Below are positions 40,080 to 52,513 of a stretch of DNA of 64,000 bases, in pieces (within the stretch, counting starts at the first letter, position 1; each line of letters begins with the position of its first letter). Where the stretch lies: NCBI RefSeq assembly GCF_009914755.1, contig NC_060927.1. One strand, 5' to 3'. The notes under the pieces are model-generated. The model saw only the letters and a program-made list of their open reading frames with translations. It ran no database searches and was not told the DNA's origin. Position numbers and translations under genes: made by a program. The stretch is from the human T2T-CHM13v2.0 reference genome, Homo sapiens.

Positions 40080-40088
40080 CAGGTAAGC
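40080..40088 (+). promoter_or_regulatory. HERV-H major splice donor CAG|GTAAGC
   Basis: Near-consensus 5' splice site about 150 bp after the 5' LTR, where the HERV-H donor is expected. Confidence 0.7.
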
Positions 40089-40589
40089 GGCCTCTCTTTA
40101 CTCTCTTCACCAGCCTCTATCACTATCCCTCAACCTCTTTCTCCTTTCAATCTTGGTGCCACCCTTCAATCTCTCCCTTCTCTTACTTTCAGTTCCTTTC
40201 CTTTTCTGGTAGAGACAGAAGAGACGTGTTTTATCCATGAACTCAAAACTCTGGCGCCGGACTCGGAAAGACAGTCTTCTTTTGATGTTTAATCGCTGCA
40301 GGGACACCTGCCTAATTATTCACCCATGTTTCAGAGGTGTCTGATCACCACAGGGACACCTACCTTGATCCTTCATCTTAGTGGCAAGCACCACTTTCCT
40401 GGAGGGGAAGTACCCCCAACCCCTTTTCTCCGTGTCTCTACACTCTCTTTTCTCTGAGCATGCCTCCTTCTCTATGGGCAACCTTCCACCCTCCATTCCT
40501 TCCTCTTCTCCCTTAGCCTGTGTTCTCAAGAACTTAAAACCTCTTCAACTCACCCCTGACCTAAAACCTAAATGCCTTATTTTATTCTG

Positions 40590-41672
40590 CAATGCTGCTT
40601 GACCCCAAAACAAACTCAACAATGGTTCCAAATAACCAGAAAATGGCACTTTCAATTTTTCCATCTCACAAGATCTAGATAATTCTTGTCATAAAATGGG
40701 CAAACGGTCTGAGATGCCTGACGTCCAGGCATTCTTTTACACATCAGTCCCTCCCTAGTCGCTGTTCCCAATGTGGCTCATCCCAAATCTTCCTTCTTTC
40801 CCTCCTGCCTGTCCCCTCAGTCCCAACCCCCAGCGTTGCTGAGTCTTTTCAATCTTCCTTTTCTACCAACCTATCTGACCTCTCCCCTCCTCCCCAGACT
40901 GCTCCTCCTCAGGTCGCTCCCCACCAGGCTGAATCAGGCTCCAATTCTTCCTCAGCCTCTGCTCCCCGACCCTATGATCCTTCTATCACCTCCTCTCCCC
41001 ACATCCAGTCCAGCTTACAGTTTTGTTCTGCGACTAGCCCTCTCCCACCTGCCCAGCAATTTCCTCTTAAAGAGGTGGCTGGAGCTAAAGGCATAGTCAA
41101 GGTTAATGCTCCTTTTTCTTTATCCAACCTCTCCCAAATCAGTTAGCATTTAGGCTCTTTTTCATCAAATATAAAAACCCAGCCGAGTTCATGGCTTGTT
41201 TGGCAGCAATCCTGAGACGCTTTACAGTCCTAGACTCTGAAAGGTCAGAAGGCTGTCTTATTCTCAATATGCATTTTATTACCCAATCTGCTCCCGATAT
41301 TAAATAAAGCTCCAAAAATTAAATTTCAGCCCTCAAACCCCACAACAGGACTTAATTAACCTCTCCTTCAAGGTGTACAATAATAGAGAAGAGTTGCAAT
41401 TATTTGCCTCTGCTGTGAGAGAAACCCCAGCCACACCTCCAGCACAGAAGAACTTCAAAATGCCTAGCCACTGCAGTCAGGTGTTCCTTCAGGATCTTAC
41501 TCCTCCTTCCCCAGGATCTTGCTTCAAGTGCCAGAAATCTGGCCACTGGGCCAAGGAATGCCCACAGCCTGGGATTCCTCCTAAGCCATGTCCCATCTGT
41601 GCGGGACCCCACTGGAAATCTGACTGTCCAACTCGCCCAGAGCCCCTGGAACTCTGGCCCAAGGCTCTCTGA
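40590..41672 (+). pseudogene. gag: HERV-H gag remnant with two CCHC zinc knuckles
   Basis: [14 protein letters not shown] and [13 protein letters not shown] in ORF 41373-41672; upstream frames are broken. Confidence 0.88.
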
Positions 41673-41759
41673 CTCCTTCCCAGATCTTCTCAGCTTAGCG
41701 GCTGAAGACTGATTCTGCCTGATCCCCTTGGAAGCCTACAGGACCATCACAGATGCTTT

Positions 41760-42100
41760 GGGTAACTCTTACAGTGGAGGGTAAGTCCTTCCCCTTCTTA
41801 ATCAATATGGAGGCTACCCACTCCACATTACCTTCTTTCCAAGGGCATGTTTCCCTTGCCTCCATAACTGTTGTGGGTATTGACGGCCAGGCTTCTAAAC
41901 CTCTTAAAACTCCCCAACTCTGATGCCAACTTGGACAACATTCTTTTATGCACTCCTTTTTAGTTATCCCCACCTGCCCAGCTCCCTTATTAGGTCAAGA
42001 CATTTTAACTAAATTATCTGCTTCCCTGACTATTCCTGGGCTACAGCCACGCCTCTTTGCTCCCCTTTTCCCCAGTTCAAAGCCTCCTTCACATCCTCCC
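41760..42100 (+). pseudogene. pro: HERV-H protease remnant
   Basis: LTVEGKSFPFLINMEATHSTL (catalytic DTG replaced by NME) ... PLLGQDIL; contains an in-frame stop. Confidence 0.8.
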
Positions 42101-44331
42101 CTTGTATCTCCCCACCTTAATCCACAGGTATGGGACATCTCTACTCCCTCCCTGGGAACCAATCACATGCCCATTACTATCTCATTAAAACCTAATCACC
42201 CTTACCCCACTCAATGCCAATATCCCATTCCAATATTCCCTCACCTGTTACAGCATGGCCTTTTAAAGCCTATAAACTCTCCTTACAATGCCCCCATTTT
42301 ACCTGTCCAAAAAGCAGACAAGTCTTACAAGTTAGTTCAGGATCTGCACCTTATCAACCAAATTATTTTGCTTATCCACCCCGTGGTGCCAAACTCATAT
42401 ACTCTCCTATCTTCAATACCTCCCTCCACAACCCATTATTCTGTTCTGGATCTCAAATATGCTTTCTTTACTATTCCTTTGCACCCTTCATCCCAGCCTC
42501 TCTTCACTTTCACTTGGACTGACCCTGACACCCATCAGTCTCAGCAACTTACCTGGACTGTACTGCCTCAAGCCTTAATGGACAGTTCCCATTACTTCAC
42601 TCAAGCCCTTTCTCATAATTTACTTTCTTTCCATCTAACTGCTTCTCACCTTATTAAATATTTTGACAACTTTCTACTTTATAGCCCCTCCTACAAATCT
42701 TCCCAGCAGGACACCCTCCTGCTCCTCCAACAGCTGTTCTCAAAAAGATATCTTGTATCCCCCTCCAAAGCCCAAATTTCTTCCTCATCTGTTACCTATC
42801 TTGGCATAATTCCTCATAAAAACATATGTGCTTTCCCTGCTGTTTGTGTCTGGCTAATCTCCCAAACCCCAACCCCTTCTACAAAGCAACAACTCCTTTC
42901 CTTCCTAGGCATGGTTAGGTACTTCCACCTTTAGATACCTAATTTTACCATTCTGACTAACCCATTATATAAACTCACACACACACAAAAAGCCTAGCTG
43001 ACCCCATAAATCCTAAATCCTTTCCCCACTCCCCTTTCCATTCCTTAAAAAACAGCCCTAGAAGCTGTTCCCACACTAGCTCTCCCTAATTCATCCCAAC
43101 ACTTTTTTCATTACACACAGCCAAAGTGCAGGGCTATGTGGTTGGAATTCTTACACAGGGACCGGGACCATGCCCTGTAGCCTTTTTATCCAAACAACTT
43201 GACCTTAATGTTTTGGGCTGGCCATCATGTCTCCATGCAGTGGCTGCCACCACCCTAATACTTTTAGAGGCCCTAAAAAAAACTATGCTCAACTCACTCT
43301 CCACAGTTCTCATAACTTCCAAAATCTATTTTCTTCCTCACACCTGCTGCATATACTTTCTGCTCCCTGGCTCCTTCAGCTGTACTCACTCTTTGTTGAG
43401 TCTCCCACAATTAATGTTATTCCTGGCCTGGACTTCAATCCGGCCTCCCACATTATTCCGGATACCACATCTGACCCCCATGACTATATCTCTCTGATCC
43501 ACCTGACATTCACTCCATTTCCCCATATTTCCTTCTTTCCTGTTCCTCACCCTGAACACACTTGGTTTATTGATGGCAGTTCCACCAGGCCTGATCGTCA
43601 CTCACCAGCAAAGGCAGGCTATGCTATAGTAACTTCTACATCATTTCATAACCTCTTCATGTAGGTTACAAGCCGCTAGCCCACCTCTTAGAACCTCTCA
43701 TTTCCTTTCCATCGTGGAAATCTATCCTCAAGAAAATAACTTCTTAGTGTTCCATCTGCTATTCTACTACCCCTCAGGGATTTTCTCAGGCCCCCTCCCT
43801 TCCCATCAAGATCGGGGATTTGCCCCTGCCCAGGACTGGCAAATTGACTTTACTCACATGCCCCGAGTCAGGAAACTAAAATACCTCCTAATCTGGGTAG
43901 ATGCTTTCACTGGATGGGTAGAGACCTTTCCCGCAGGGTCTGAGAAGCCCACCACAGTCATTTCTTCCCTTCTGTCAGACATAATTCCTCAGTTTGACCT
44001 TCCCACCTCTATACAGTCCGATAACAGACCGGCCTTTGCTAGTCAAATCATCCAAGCAGTTTCTCAGGCTCTTGGTATTCAGTGGAAACTTCATACCCCT
44101 TACTGTCCTCAATCTTCAGGAAAGGTAGAACGGACTAATGGTCTTTTAAAAACCCACCTCACCAACCTCAGCCTCCAACTTAAAAAAGATTGGACAATAC
44201 TTTTACCATTTACCCTTCTCAGAATGTGGGCCTGTCCTTGGGATGCTACAGGGTACAGCCCATTTGGGCTCCTGTATGGACGTTCCTTTTTATTAGGCCC
44301 CAGTCTTATTTCAGACACCAGCCCAACTTGA
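42100..44331 (+). pseudogene. pol: HERV-H pol remnant (RT, partial RNase H, integrase core)
   Basis: SPYNAPILPVQK, VLDLKYAFF, LPQA, YFDNFLL (YxDD lost), WFIDGSS, WQIDFTHMP, QSDNRPAF, PQSSGKVERTN; frameshifts and deletions. Confidence 0.92.
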
Positions 44332-44559
44332 ACTGCACCCCAAAACTTGTCATCCTTGCTATCTTCTGTCTAGTCATACTTCTATTCACCATTCTCAACT
44401 ACTCATAAATGCCCTGCTCTTGTTTACACTGCTGGTTTACACTTTTCCTTCAAACCATCATAACTGATATCTCCTGGTATTACCTCAAACCGCCACCCTG
44501 AAGTCTCTCTGAAAGTGGATAGATGATCTTTGCTGACAGGGTACACTCCATTACTTTCA

Positions 44560-45065
44560 CCCTGATGAAGTCCTGTTCTTTACTTTTATACTCACTCTTA
44601 TTCTCATTCCCATTCTTATGCCATACGCTACCTCTCTCCAGCTATCTCCACCACACTATCAATCTCACTCACTCTCTCCTAGCTATTTCGAATCCTTCTT
44701 TAACAAACAATTGCTGGCTTTGCATTTCTCTTTCCTCCAAAATCGCCGAGGCCTCGACTTACTGCTAAAAAAAGAAGACTCTGTATATTTTTAAATAAAG
44801 AGTGTTGGTTTTTACCTAAATCAATTTGGCCTTGTGCATAACAACATGAAAAACTCAAGGATAGAGCCCAAAAAACTCACCAACCAAGCAAGTAATTACT
44901 CTGAACCCCCTTGGGCACTCTCTAATGGATGTCCTAGGTCCTCCCAATTCTTAGTCCTTTAATATCTGTTTTTCTCCTTCTCTTATTTGGACCTTGTGTC
45001 TTCCATTTAGTTTCTCAATTCATACAAAACCATATCCAGGCCATCACCAATCATTCTATATGACA
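44560..45065 (+). pseudogene. env: HERV-H env remnant (most of SU deleted)
   Basis: NNCWLCISLSS joined directly to CAAAATCGCCGAGGCCTCGACTT (QNRRGLDL, immunosuppressive domain); frameshifted TM region. Confidence 0.82.
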
Positions 45066-45274
45066 AATGTTTCTTCTAACAACCCCACAATGTCACCCCT
45101 TACCACAAAATCTTTCTTCAGTTTACTCTCACCCACTCTAGATTCCCACGCCGCCCCTAATCCCACTTGAAGCAGCCCTGAGAAACATCGCCCATTATCT
45201 CTCCATACCGTTGCCAAAACTTTTCGCTGCCCCAACTCCTCAACACTATTTTGTTTTATTTTTCCTATTAATAT

Positions 45275-45287
45275 AAGAAGACAGGAA
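45275..45287 (+). other. Polypurine tract
   Basis: AAGAAGACAGGAA immediately before the 3' LTR. Confidence 0.85.
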
Positions 45288-45654
45288 TGTCAGGCCTCTG
45301 AGCCCAAGCCTGCACATATACATCCAGATGGCCTGAAGCAAGTGAAAAATAATGAAAGAAGTGAAAATGTCCGGTTCCTGCCTTAACTGATGAAATTGCC
45401 TTGTGAAATTCCTTCTCCTGGCTCAGAAGCTCCCCCATTGAGCACTTTGTAACCCCTGCCCCTGCCTGCCAGAGAACAACCCCCTTTGACTGTAATTTTC
45501 CATTACCTACCCAAATCCTATAAAACGGCCCCACCCCTATATCCCTTGGCTGACTCTCTTTTCGTACTCAGCCTGCCTGCACCGAGGTGATTAAAAAGCT
45601 TTATTGCTGACACAAAGCCTGTTTTGTGGTCTCTTCACATGGACGTGTGTGACA
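45288..45654 (+). terminator. HERV-H 3' LTR; poly(A) signal ATTAAA at 45590-45595
   Basis: Direct repeat of the 5' LTR. Confidence 0.92.
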
Positions 45655-46314
45655 ACCACCTCGACCTCACACTTCCAGCTCCCTGGACTGTGAGAACACA
45701 AATGTTTGTTGTTTAAGCTCCCCAGTGAGTGGTCCTTTGCTATGGCAACCTTGAAAAACTAATACAGTGCCTCATTGCAAAATAATACCTTTGGAAGTAA
45801 ATTACTGTCTCCTGTTTTTTTTCCTATGTAAATCTATCTTTTCATATATTGTGTAACTTGCGATAACCCACACCAATTGACCAGAATGTGAAATAGATGA
45901 CTAAACCAGCAGATGACATTCCACACTGCAATGTCAAGAGCAAGACACCTGCGGCATCCTCTTTCCATTGGCATCCTTAATTCTGCTCATTCAGCAAGCA
46001 TTTCGATCACCCTCAGGTGTCTGGGTTGTTTTTTTTTTTTTCTGTTAGTGTGTATGTTTTTGTTTTTTCTTTTTGTTTTGCCAGAATCTTGGTAAATACT
46101 CTTGAATCTGAGTCTTCCACTCTACTAATCTGAAATGTTGGCACCAGATATTTTGGAATACTGGTAAAATGTAGGAACTGTGTGAGACAAGACAGTGGAG
46201 AGAAAAGAACACTGGACCCAGAAATCAGACTAAATTAGTGGTCCTGCTTAAGGCTATCTAGTTGTCTGAAGTTGAACCATCTGCTCCTTTGGGGACGTAA
46301 TTCTTCACTGGTAT

Positions 46315-46680
46315 CAGTGATTCACAAGCATTAAATCAATTAAAATATCCCAGGGAGTTTTTAAACAGACAAGCATCTGCGACCTACTCCACTTGGTTTT
46401 CAAACTTGCTTGGACATTAGAATCATCGGTCAAATTTAAAAATAATGCTCTCTCGACCCCATTCTCTAGAGATTCTGACTTAATTGATTTCACTTGTTTC
46501 ACATGTGGCCTTGGCATTGCGATTTTTAAAAGCTCCTTGCATTCAAGGATGACACCCACTGCCCTGGACAGTATGAGTTAATTGGTGTAAGGAAGAACCT
46601 GGGCAATGGTATGTTTTAATTACCCAGGTGATTCCAATGCATGTTAATTCCCCAGGTTATGCCAATGCACAACCATAGGA
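46315..46680. mobile_element. MER5-like hAT MITEs, probably one nested in another
   Basis: ATTAGAATCA ... AGAGATTCTGACTTAATTG ... TTTTAAAAGCTCC ... CCCAGGTGATTCCAATG motifs. Confidence 0.55.
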
Positions 46681-49486
46681 CGTAAAAATAGAATAATGCT
46701 CCTCCCAGCTCTAACATTTTGCAATTTTTCTAACTTTTTGTGAGATACTAGATACCTATTAGACATTTCAAACCACATACAGATAGAAACAAGTTTACTT
46801 ACTCATAGTCTCATTAACTAATTAGAGAGCATGAACTTTCAGTTTTGTGAGTTAAACACCTTTCGGGTGTTTTTGACTGTTTCTGAGTGTGCCTAAGGCA
46901 GAAAGAGAGGAGAGGCTATGTGTGAAATTGGGTTACCATCCCAGTCCCAGCTGTATGATGGATGCAATTATTTCAGGAAGGAACACATGCACAAAGATGA
47001 AGGCACAAATCGTAATTGCTTCTATGATAGTAATTTAGTTTCCAAGAGTAAAAGATTCAAACCAGCATCTCCCATTAGTCTAACAACAATTACATAGTTT
47101 TCCCTTTCATCCATTTCTTTCAAGCTTTTCTTATATTTGAAGCTTTCTAAAGGGTATTTGAGTGATCTAACATTAACCACCCACACACTGTATTTTGGAC
47201 TATTATTAACACAGTAGATGATCTTTACAACTTAGTGAAGTTCCCAGAAGCATTATTGCTAATTTTTTTAAAGAGGGCCTCTAAATCACTTGCCATTTCT
47301 TCTGATTTATATCTAAGCCAGAATTGTTTTCAAGTGACCTTTAGTTTATTCTACTTAAAGCTTAAAAATGACTATAGCTAGCAGCATGATGTAAGTGCAT
47401 TTTGAACTTTGAAGTTTTATATTTCAGTTTACATAAATGCAGAAAGATTAGAAGATACAATGTGACAAAGTAAAATACAACAGTGCACTCACATCCTCCT
47501 TTTAGGTTGCTTAAACAGCCATATAATTATCAGAAAGAAATTAGGTAAAGGACGGGGTAGGGACTGGTTTATAATCACTAACAAGAAAATGCGTCAGTTT
47601 TTGGTTGAATAGAACATATATAAATATATAACCTGTATTAAAGTGAATTTAATTTTAGTCTCTAGAGAAATGAGGAGATAATCACTCTGCTCCATACATT
47701 GCTTACCAAATCAAACTTGTAGTGTTAAGTTCTAAAAAATACTTCATTGTATCAGTAAACACGTCATTGAGTTAGATACCAGTAATCAAACAATGAATCC
47801 AGCAGGAAGTAACCAAACATACTACTCGTGAAAAGTTGAAAGAAAAGTGGAAAGATAATTACACTGCATGATCAAAATGCCATAAAAAGACTTGGATGTA
47901 ATTATCAGAAAGCATACTGTGAACTAAAATAAAGAGAAGTTTCTAAGAGCCTGCATTTGGGAATTTGATGAGGCCCTGAATACTGAAAGCCACTTATGCA
48001 TAGGTTGAAAACACTTCATAAGGAAACCATGGGACAGTTATAGGTACAGATAGGGTTAGGCTGTTAAGAAGGCATACACAGACATTGTAACACTTTTGCA
48101 ACTCTGCGATCTGACAAAGTAGCAGTTGTGTTTTGAAACTGTTGGATATAAATATCATCTACTGCCCTACTATTCAAGTATGATGTGTCAAAATACTAAA
48201 TGCTAAAAGTATCAAAGTTTATCTTTTCTTTATAACATTAAATCAGCTGCTCTTGATGTTTTTTTTAGCTGAAGACTTTGAAAATTATTACTGACCACGT
48301 GATTTTTTTTGAGAAGAGTATTGCTTTAATACCAACCTTTCTGTTAGTAACTTAACCATAGAGTGTTGCCAAAATAATTGGTTCTTAGCTGCAAAAATAA
48401 AAATAAATAATAAATAAATAAATAAAAATAAAATAAAATAAATTTTAAAAAATCACTTCATTTCAAAGGCAATGTTTTTCTCCTCCTAATATTCAGAGAG
48501 CTGTATTGAGAAGGTGAAAAAATGTTGTTTACTATAACACAGACATAAAACAGACAATGTGGAAATATTGACTTTTCCTTTACCAATCTATTAAATAGGT
48601 TTCAATACCTTTAAGGAGCTAAATTGTAAACGATTAGAATCCCTTCCTATTTTCTCCAAACACCCAGACCTGAAAATGAAAATAATTCAGATTCATAAAG
48701 GAAGAATCAGTTCTAAGCCATATTATTGTCTTTTAATTTGGAAAAATCATGACCTTGCTAATTGTTTCTGGTTTCCCATGTACCAAGAGTAGTTACTTTA
48801 TATTATTCTTTCCTCTATGGGAAGATATTTCATTGCAGTGATCTCTGGGGAAGAATTCTGTAATCTTCCCAGGCCAATCTAAGCATCTGGAGGAAAATAT
48901 TAGAAGAAATTAAAACAGCATGTTCTCATTTTGCCTTCCTCAAATAATCAATTTTTCTCTGGGATTTCTTGACATGTCTAGACACATTGAATTGAAAAAA
49001 TTAGTTGTTGGGACAAATTTCCCTTCTTGATTAAAGCCTAGGTAGATTGGGGGAAGATGAAGAAACAAAAGAGAAAACATCTAAATAAAATACTGTGTCT
49101 CCTTTCCTTATTCCCATGCACTTCGTGGTTAATACATTTAAATGACTTTTTAGAGATTTTAATTAAAATATTTTAATACGCATGAATTTTTTTACTACAT
49201 GGAGCACATTTATCCAGTCCTGCATAGCAAATTTCAAATATATAGATCTACAGAAATGTTGGGAAAAATCACTTCATTAAACTTGGGAATTACATACTAT
49301 TATGGGATCTCAAGGAGGAAGAGAACCAATCCAATATTATGAATCATATAGTTTAGAAATGAAAATGGAATTCATTTAATAGAAACCCCTTATATGTATA
49401 GCTGATGAAACTGAGGCTATTTAATTAAGGTCACATAGCAACATCAATATAAACTGCATCTGAATGTCTAACATTTGGAAGTTAGA

Positions 49487-49770
49487 GGCTGGGCATGGTG
49501 GCTCACGCCTGTAGTCTCAGCACTTTGGGAGGCTGAGGTAGGTGGATCACTTGAGCCCAGATTTCGAGACAAGCCTGGGCAACATGATGAAACCCCATCT
49601 CTACAAAAAAAACACAAAACTTAGCTGGGTGTTGTGGGGTGCACCTATAGTCCCAGCTATTTGGGAGGCTGAGGTAGGAGGATCAATTGAACCCAGGAGG
49701 TGGAGGTTGCAGTGAGCCTAGATCATGCCACTGCACTCCAGCCTGGGTGACAGAGCAAGACACTGCCTAA
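49487..49770 (+). mobile_element. AluJ-like element with TSD TGGAAGTTAGA
   Basis: Full dimer; TSD at 49476-49486 and 49931-49941. Confidence 0.93.
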
Positions 49771-49898
49771 TATATATATATATATTATATATATGGAAGT
49801 TTTATATATATATATATATATAAATTATATATATGGAAGTTATATATATATAATATACATGGAAGTTATATATATATGGAACTTATATATGTATGGAA

Positions 49899-49933
<35 letters not shown>

Positions 49934-49941
49934 AAGTTAGA
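49768..49941. repeat. Compound (TA)n-TGGAAGTT minisatellite
   Basis: Six ATGGAA(G/C)TT units separated by (TA)n runs. Confidence 0.92.
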
Positions 49942-50369
49942 TATTTTATGACTTAACCTTGTAGAGTGTGACAGCTCTGTAAACTATTTTCAAGAGTGTG
50001 ATCAATTTATGACTATTTTTATATATGTAATAATTTGCATTTCAATGACCAGCACTGCCTAATTCCCTACAGGATCCTCTTCGTACCCCAAGTCTGTGTT
50101 ATTCTTCCCGCCTCCCCTTTCCTACTTACAGAACTCCGACTGCCACAGTAATTTTTTCTAAAATATTTATCATGCTATATAGAATTAACTCAAGTTCACA
50201 CAGGTTGCAGAGCTGAACTTGAGCCATGGTCTCCTGTGTCTTAGTTCTGTTCCCATATGTCTCAATCCAATGTTGTGTTAACTAATAATTACATTTTGTC
50301 CCTACAAAAACTACAGTTTTTATGAACTAAACTGAAATTACTATTCGAGGTAGCAATTGAGCAGCAGGC

Positions 50370-50862
50370 TGTATATGTAAAGGTAAATTTTAAGTTGCTA
50401 CAACAAAAATATTCCCCCAAATACGGTGGCTTAATTAAGATAGAAATTTATTTATTTCTCACGAAGAGCCCATGGTGCTGGGAAGGCTCTGCCTATATTC
50501 TGTTGTTCAGAAACTTAAGTTCCTGTATCTCGTCACACTGCCAAGTATAGTGTGACCTTAGATGATGCCTAGAGGTTGCCACATCTGTATTCTGGCCTTC
50601 AGAGAGCAGAAAGAGAGACAGAAGTCTACATGTTCAATATTTTCAGGCCAAGAACTGGAAGTGGCCAAATTATTTTTGTTTACATCACATTCACTAAATC
50701 CAAAAAAAGACCCTTGGCTCCAGGGGATGCTGGAAAACATAATTTCTAGCTGGACAGCCACCTGCCCAGTTTGAACTCTGGTTGAGTGTGGGATAGTTCT
50801 AACGATTCAGAAAGAAGGGAATTATGATACCAGAGAAGGAGGCAATTAGTCATCTCTGCCTC
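50370..50862 (-). mobile_element. Old MLT1 (I/J-like) LTR
   Basis: GTGGCTTAATTAAGATAGAAATTTATT ... GGCAATTAGTCATCTCTGCCTCA. Confidence 0.55.
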
Positions 50863-52178
50863 ACTGGGGGCTATTATTTACCTTTGCTTGGTCTTAGAAA
50901 AGAGACCAGGATTTTAGGTAAATAATGAGGTCAGATTTGTTATTGCAAGGACAAAGTTATCAAAAGCAATGAAGCATTCAATGTAAAGAATTTGGTGACA
51001 TTATTTTGTTGATCAGTGGCCCAGTTTCTACTGCCTAAGAAACTCAATACCAAGTATTAAAAATACCTCTGCTTAATTCCCCAAGAAAAGTCTTTTAAAA
51101 AAAAGAGTGAAAAGAAAACGTATACATCATAGATGGCATCTGTTTGTGCAGCCAAATTGATTTAGATGAGTAATAGAGCCCATTTTAATGAACCATAACT
51201 GTAATTTAAACTGGTTGTTCTGTGCAGCATTTTAACTCACTTTATAGACCCAGAATATGATTTGCTATAACTGAGGATACATATTACCTTGCTATGAAGC
51301 CAGTAGGGAGGGCAGCTGCCTAAAGCTGATAATTTAACACTCCCTTCCTTGGCAATTTCAACAAAATTGCTGAATAACAGAGATGAGGGTGGTAATTGTC
51401 TAGGGTACTGGGGTCAACTGTTTCAACTTTCCTCGTTTGTCAAAAGGCAGTGATTTAGTACTTTGAGCAGACAATTCTTAGTGTTATAGAGAACTTCCTG
51501 ACCAGCTCTTCATCTTTGAATCACATGTAGGAAGACATTTGACTGCAGAAATATCTCTTCAGCTAGACAATGATGTTGATGACATCATATTTCTTTACTT
51601 AGCTTCTCATTTTCTCCTCTCTTAAATTCACTCCTAGATAAAGGGATGGAATTAGTCAAATTCTTTCTCCTCTAATAGATGAAACATTATTATAAGGCTA
51701 ACATATTTGCTGACATTAGATGCTAAAGCAGAAATGAGAGGTCCAAGCAGATCATGAACTCCTTGGTTCATGATTAAGAAGCTTCCATCTTAGAAGCTGT
51801 GTCATCTTAGCAAAATAATGCAAAGTGGGGAATATTTTAAGGCTACAAAAGAAATATTTTAAAAAATATATTTTTAAGGCTACAATGTAAACAGTTTGGA
51901 TATTTTAGTACACAGTTAGATAAGAAGGTACTCAGAATTAAGAGAAAGGTGTTAAAGAGCCAATAAAGAGTACCTATATTTAGATACCTAAAGCCAGGGA
52001 GAAGGACTGGAAAAATCTAACAATGTGAGAATGGGATAAGTTAAATGCAATTGATAATAATGAATTTTAAAGTCAAGGAGGCCTACCATTAAGTATTTCT
52101 CGAGCATTTATTAAGTAGTTATGACAAGCTAGGAACTGCTGTCAGTATCTTATTAAAAAGAATACCATGCAGTCTTTG

Positions 52179-52513
52179 TGAGACAGCCAAGTATAAAGGG
52201 GTCCCCAAGGAAACTCCAACCACCCTGCGCTCTGGGAGGAGTGCACACTGGGGTGGAGCCTCAGGAAGTTTGCACCATTTGCGGCAGGGTAGGAGCCTGG
52301 CCTTTCCTCATCCAGTGTGTGGTAACCTGGGGATTCAATCTGTGAGATGGGGACTTGTTAACAGAAACTTCTCTTGCTTTGCTGAGTCTTTTTTTCCTTT
52401 CACCCAATAAACCTTGCCCTCCTCACCCTTCAGATTGTCCGCCAGCCTAATTTTTCATGGTTGTGTAACAAGAACCCCATCTTTAGCTGAACTAAGGAAA
52501 AAGTCCTACAACA
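52179..52513 (+). mobile_element. MER61-family solo LTR
   Basis: TGAGACAGCCAAGTATAAAGGGGTCCCC...AAAGTCCTACAACA; perfect TSD TTTG/TTTG; AATAAA. Confidence 0.85.

Larger units (their letters stand above)
39571..45654 (+). mobile_element. HERV-H provirus, common deleted type (6084 bp)
   Basis: Two LTRs, His PBS, gag-pro-pol-env remnants, PPT, and a perfect 5-bp TSD ACCAC (39566-39570 and 45655-45659). Confidence 0.97.
39290..45766 (+). mobile_element. MLT1A/B MaLR solo LTR (39290-39570 and 45655-45766), split by HERV-H
   Basis: TGTTATGGGCTGAGTTGTGT...AAATTCATATGTTGAAG start; ...AAACTAATACA end; contiguous across the provirus. Confidence 0.85.

Noticed and set aside
41948-42934. 328-aa ORF as a functional reverse transcriptase
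   Set aside because: YxDD reads YFDN, other motifs are altered and the frame stops early; it is a HERV-H pol remnant.
44523-45065. Co-opted env (syncytin- or suppressyn-like) gene
   Set aside because: Most of SU is deleted, only 81 codons are open and the immunosuppressive domain is out of frame.
49768-49941. CRISPR-like repeat-spacer array
   Set aside because: The spacers are (TA)n, the unit derives from an Alu TSD, the DNA is primate and there are no cas genes.
51751-51774. 9-bp inverted repeat ATCATGAAC...GTTCATGAT
   Set aside because: Short enough to arise by chance in 64 kb.
52179-52513. p53 response element in the MER61 LTR
   Set aside because: Some MER61 subfamilies carry one, but I see only one imperfect half-site (GGACTTGTTA) and no paired RRRCWWGYYY decamers.
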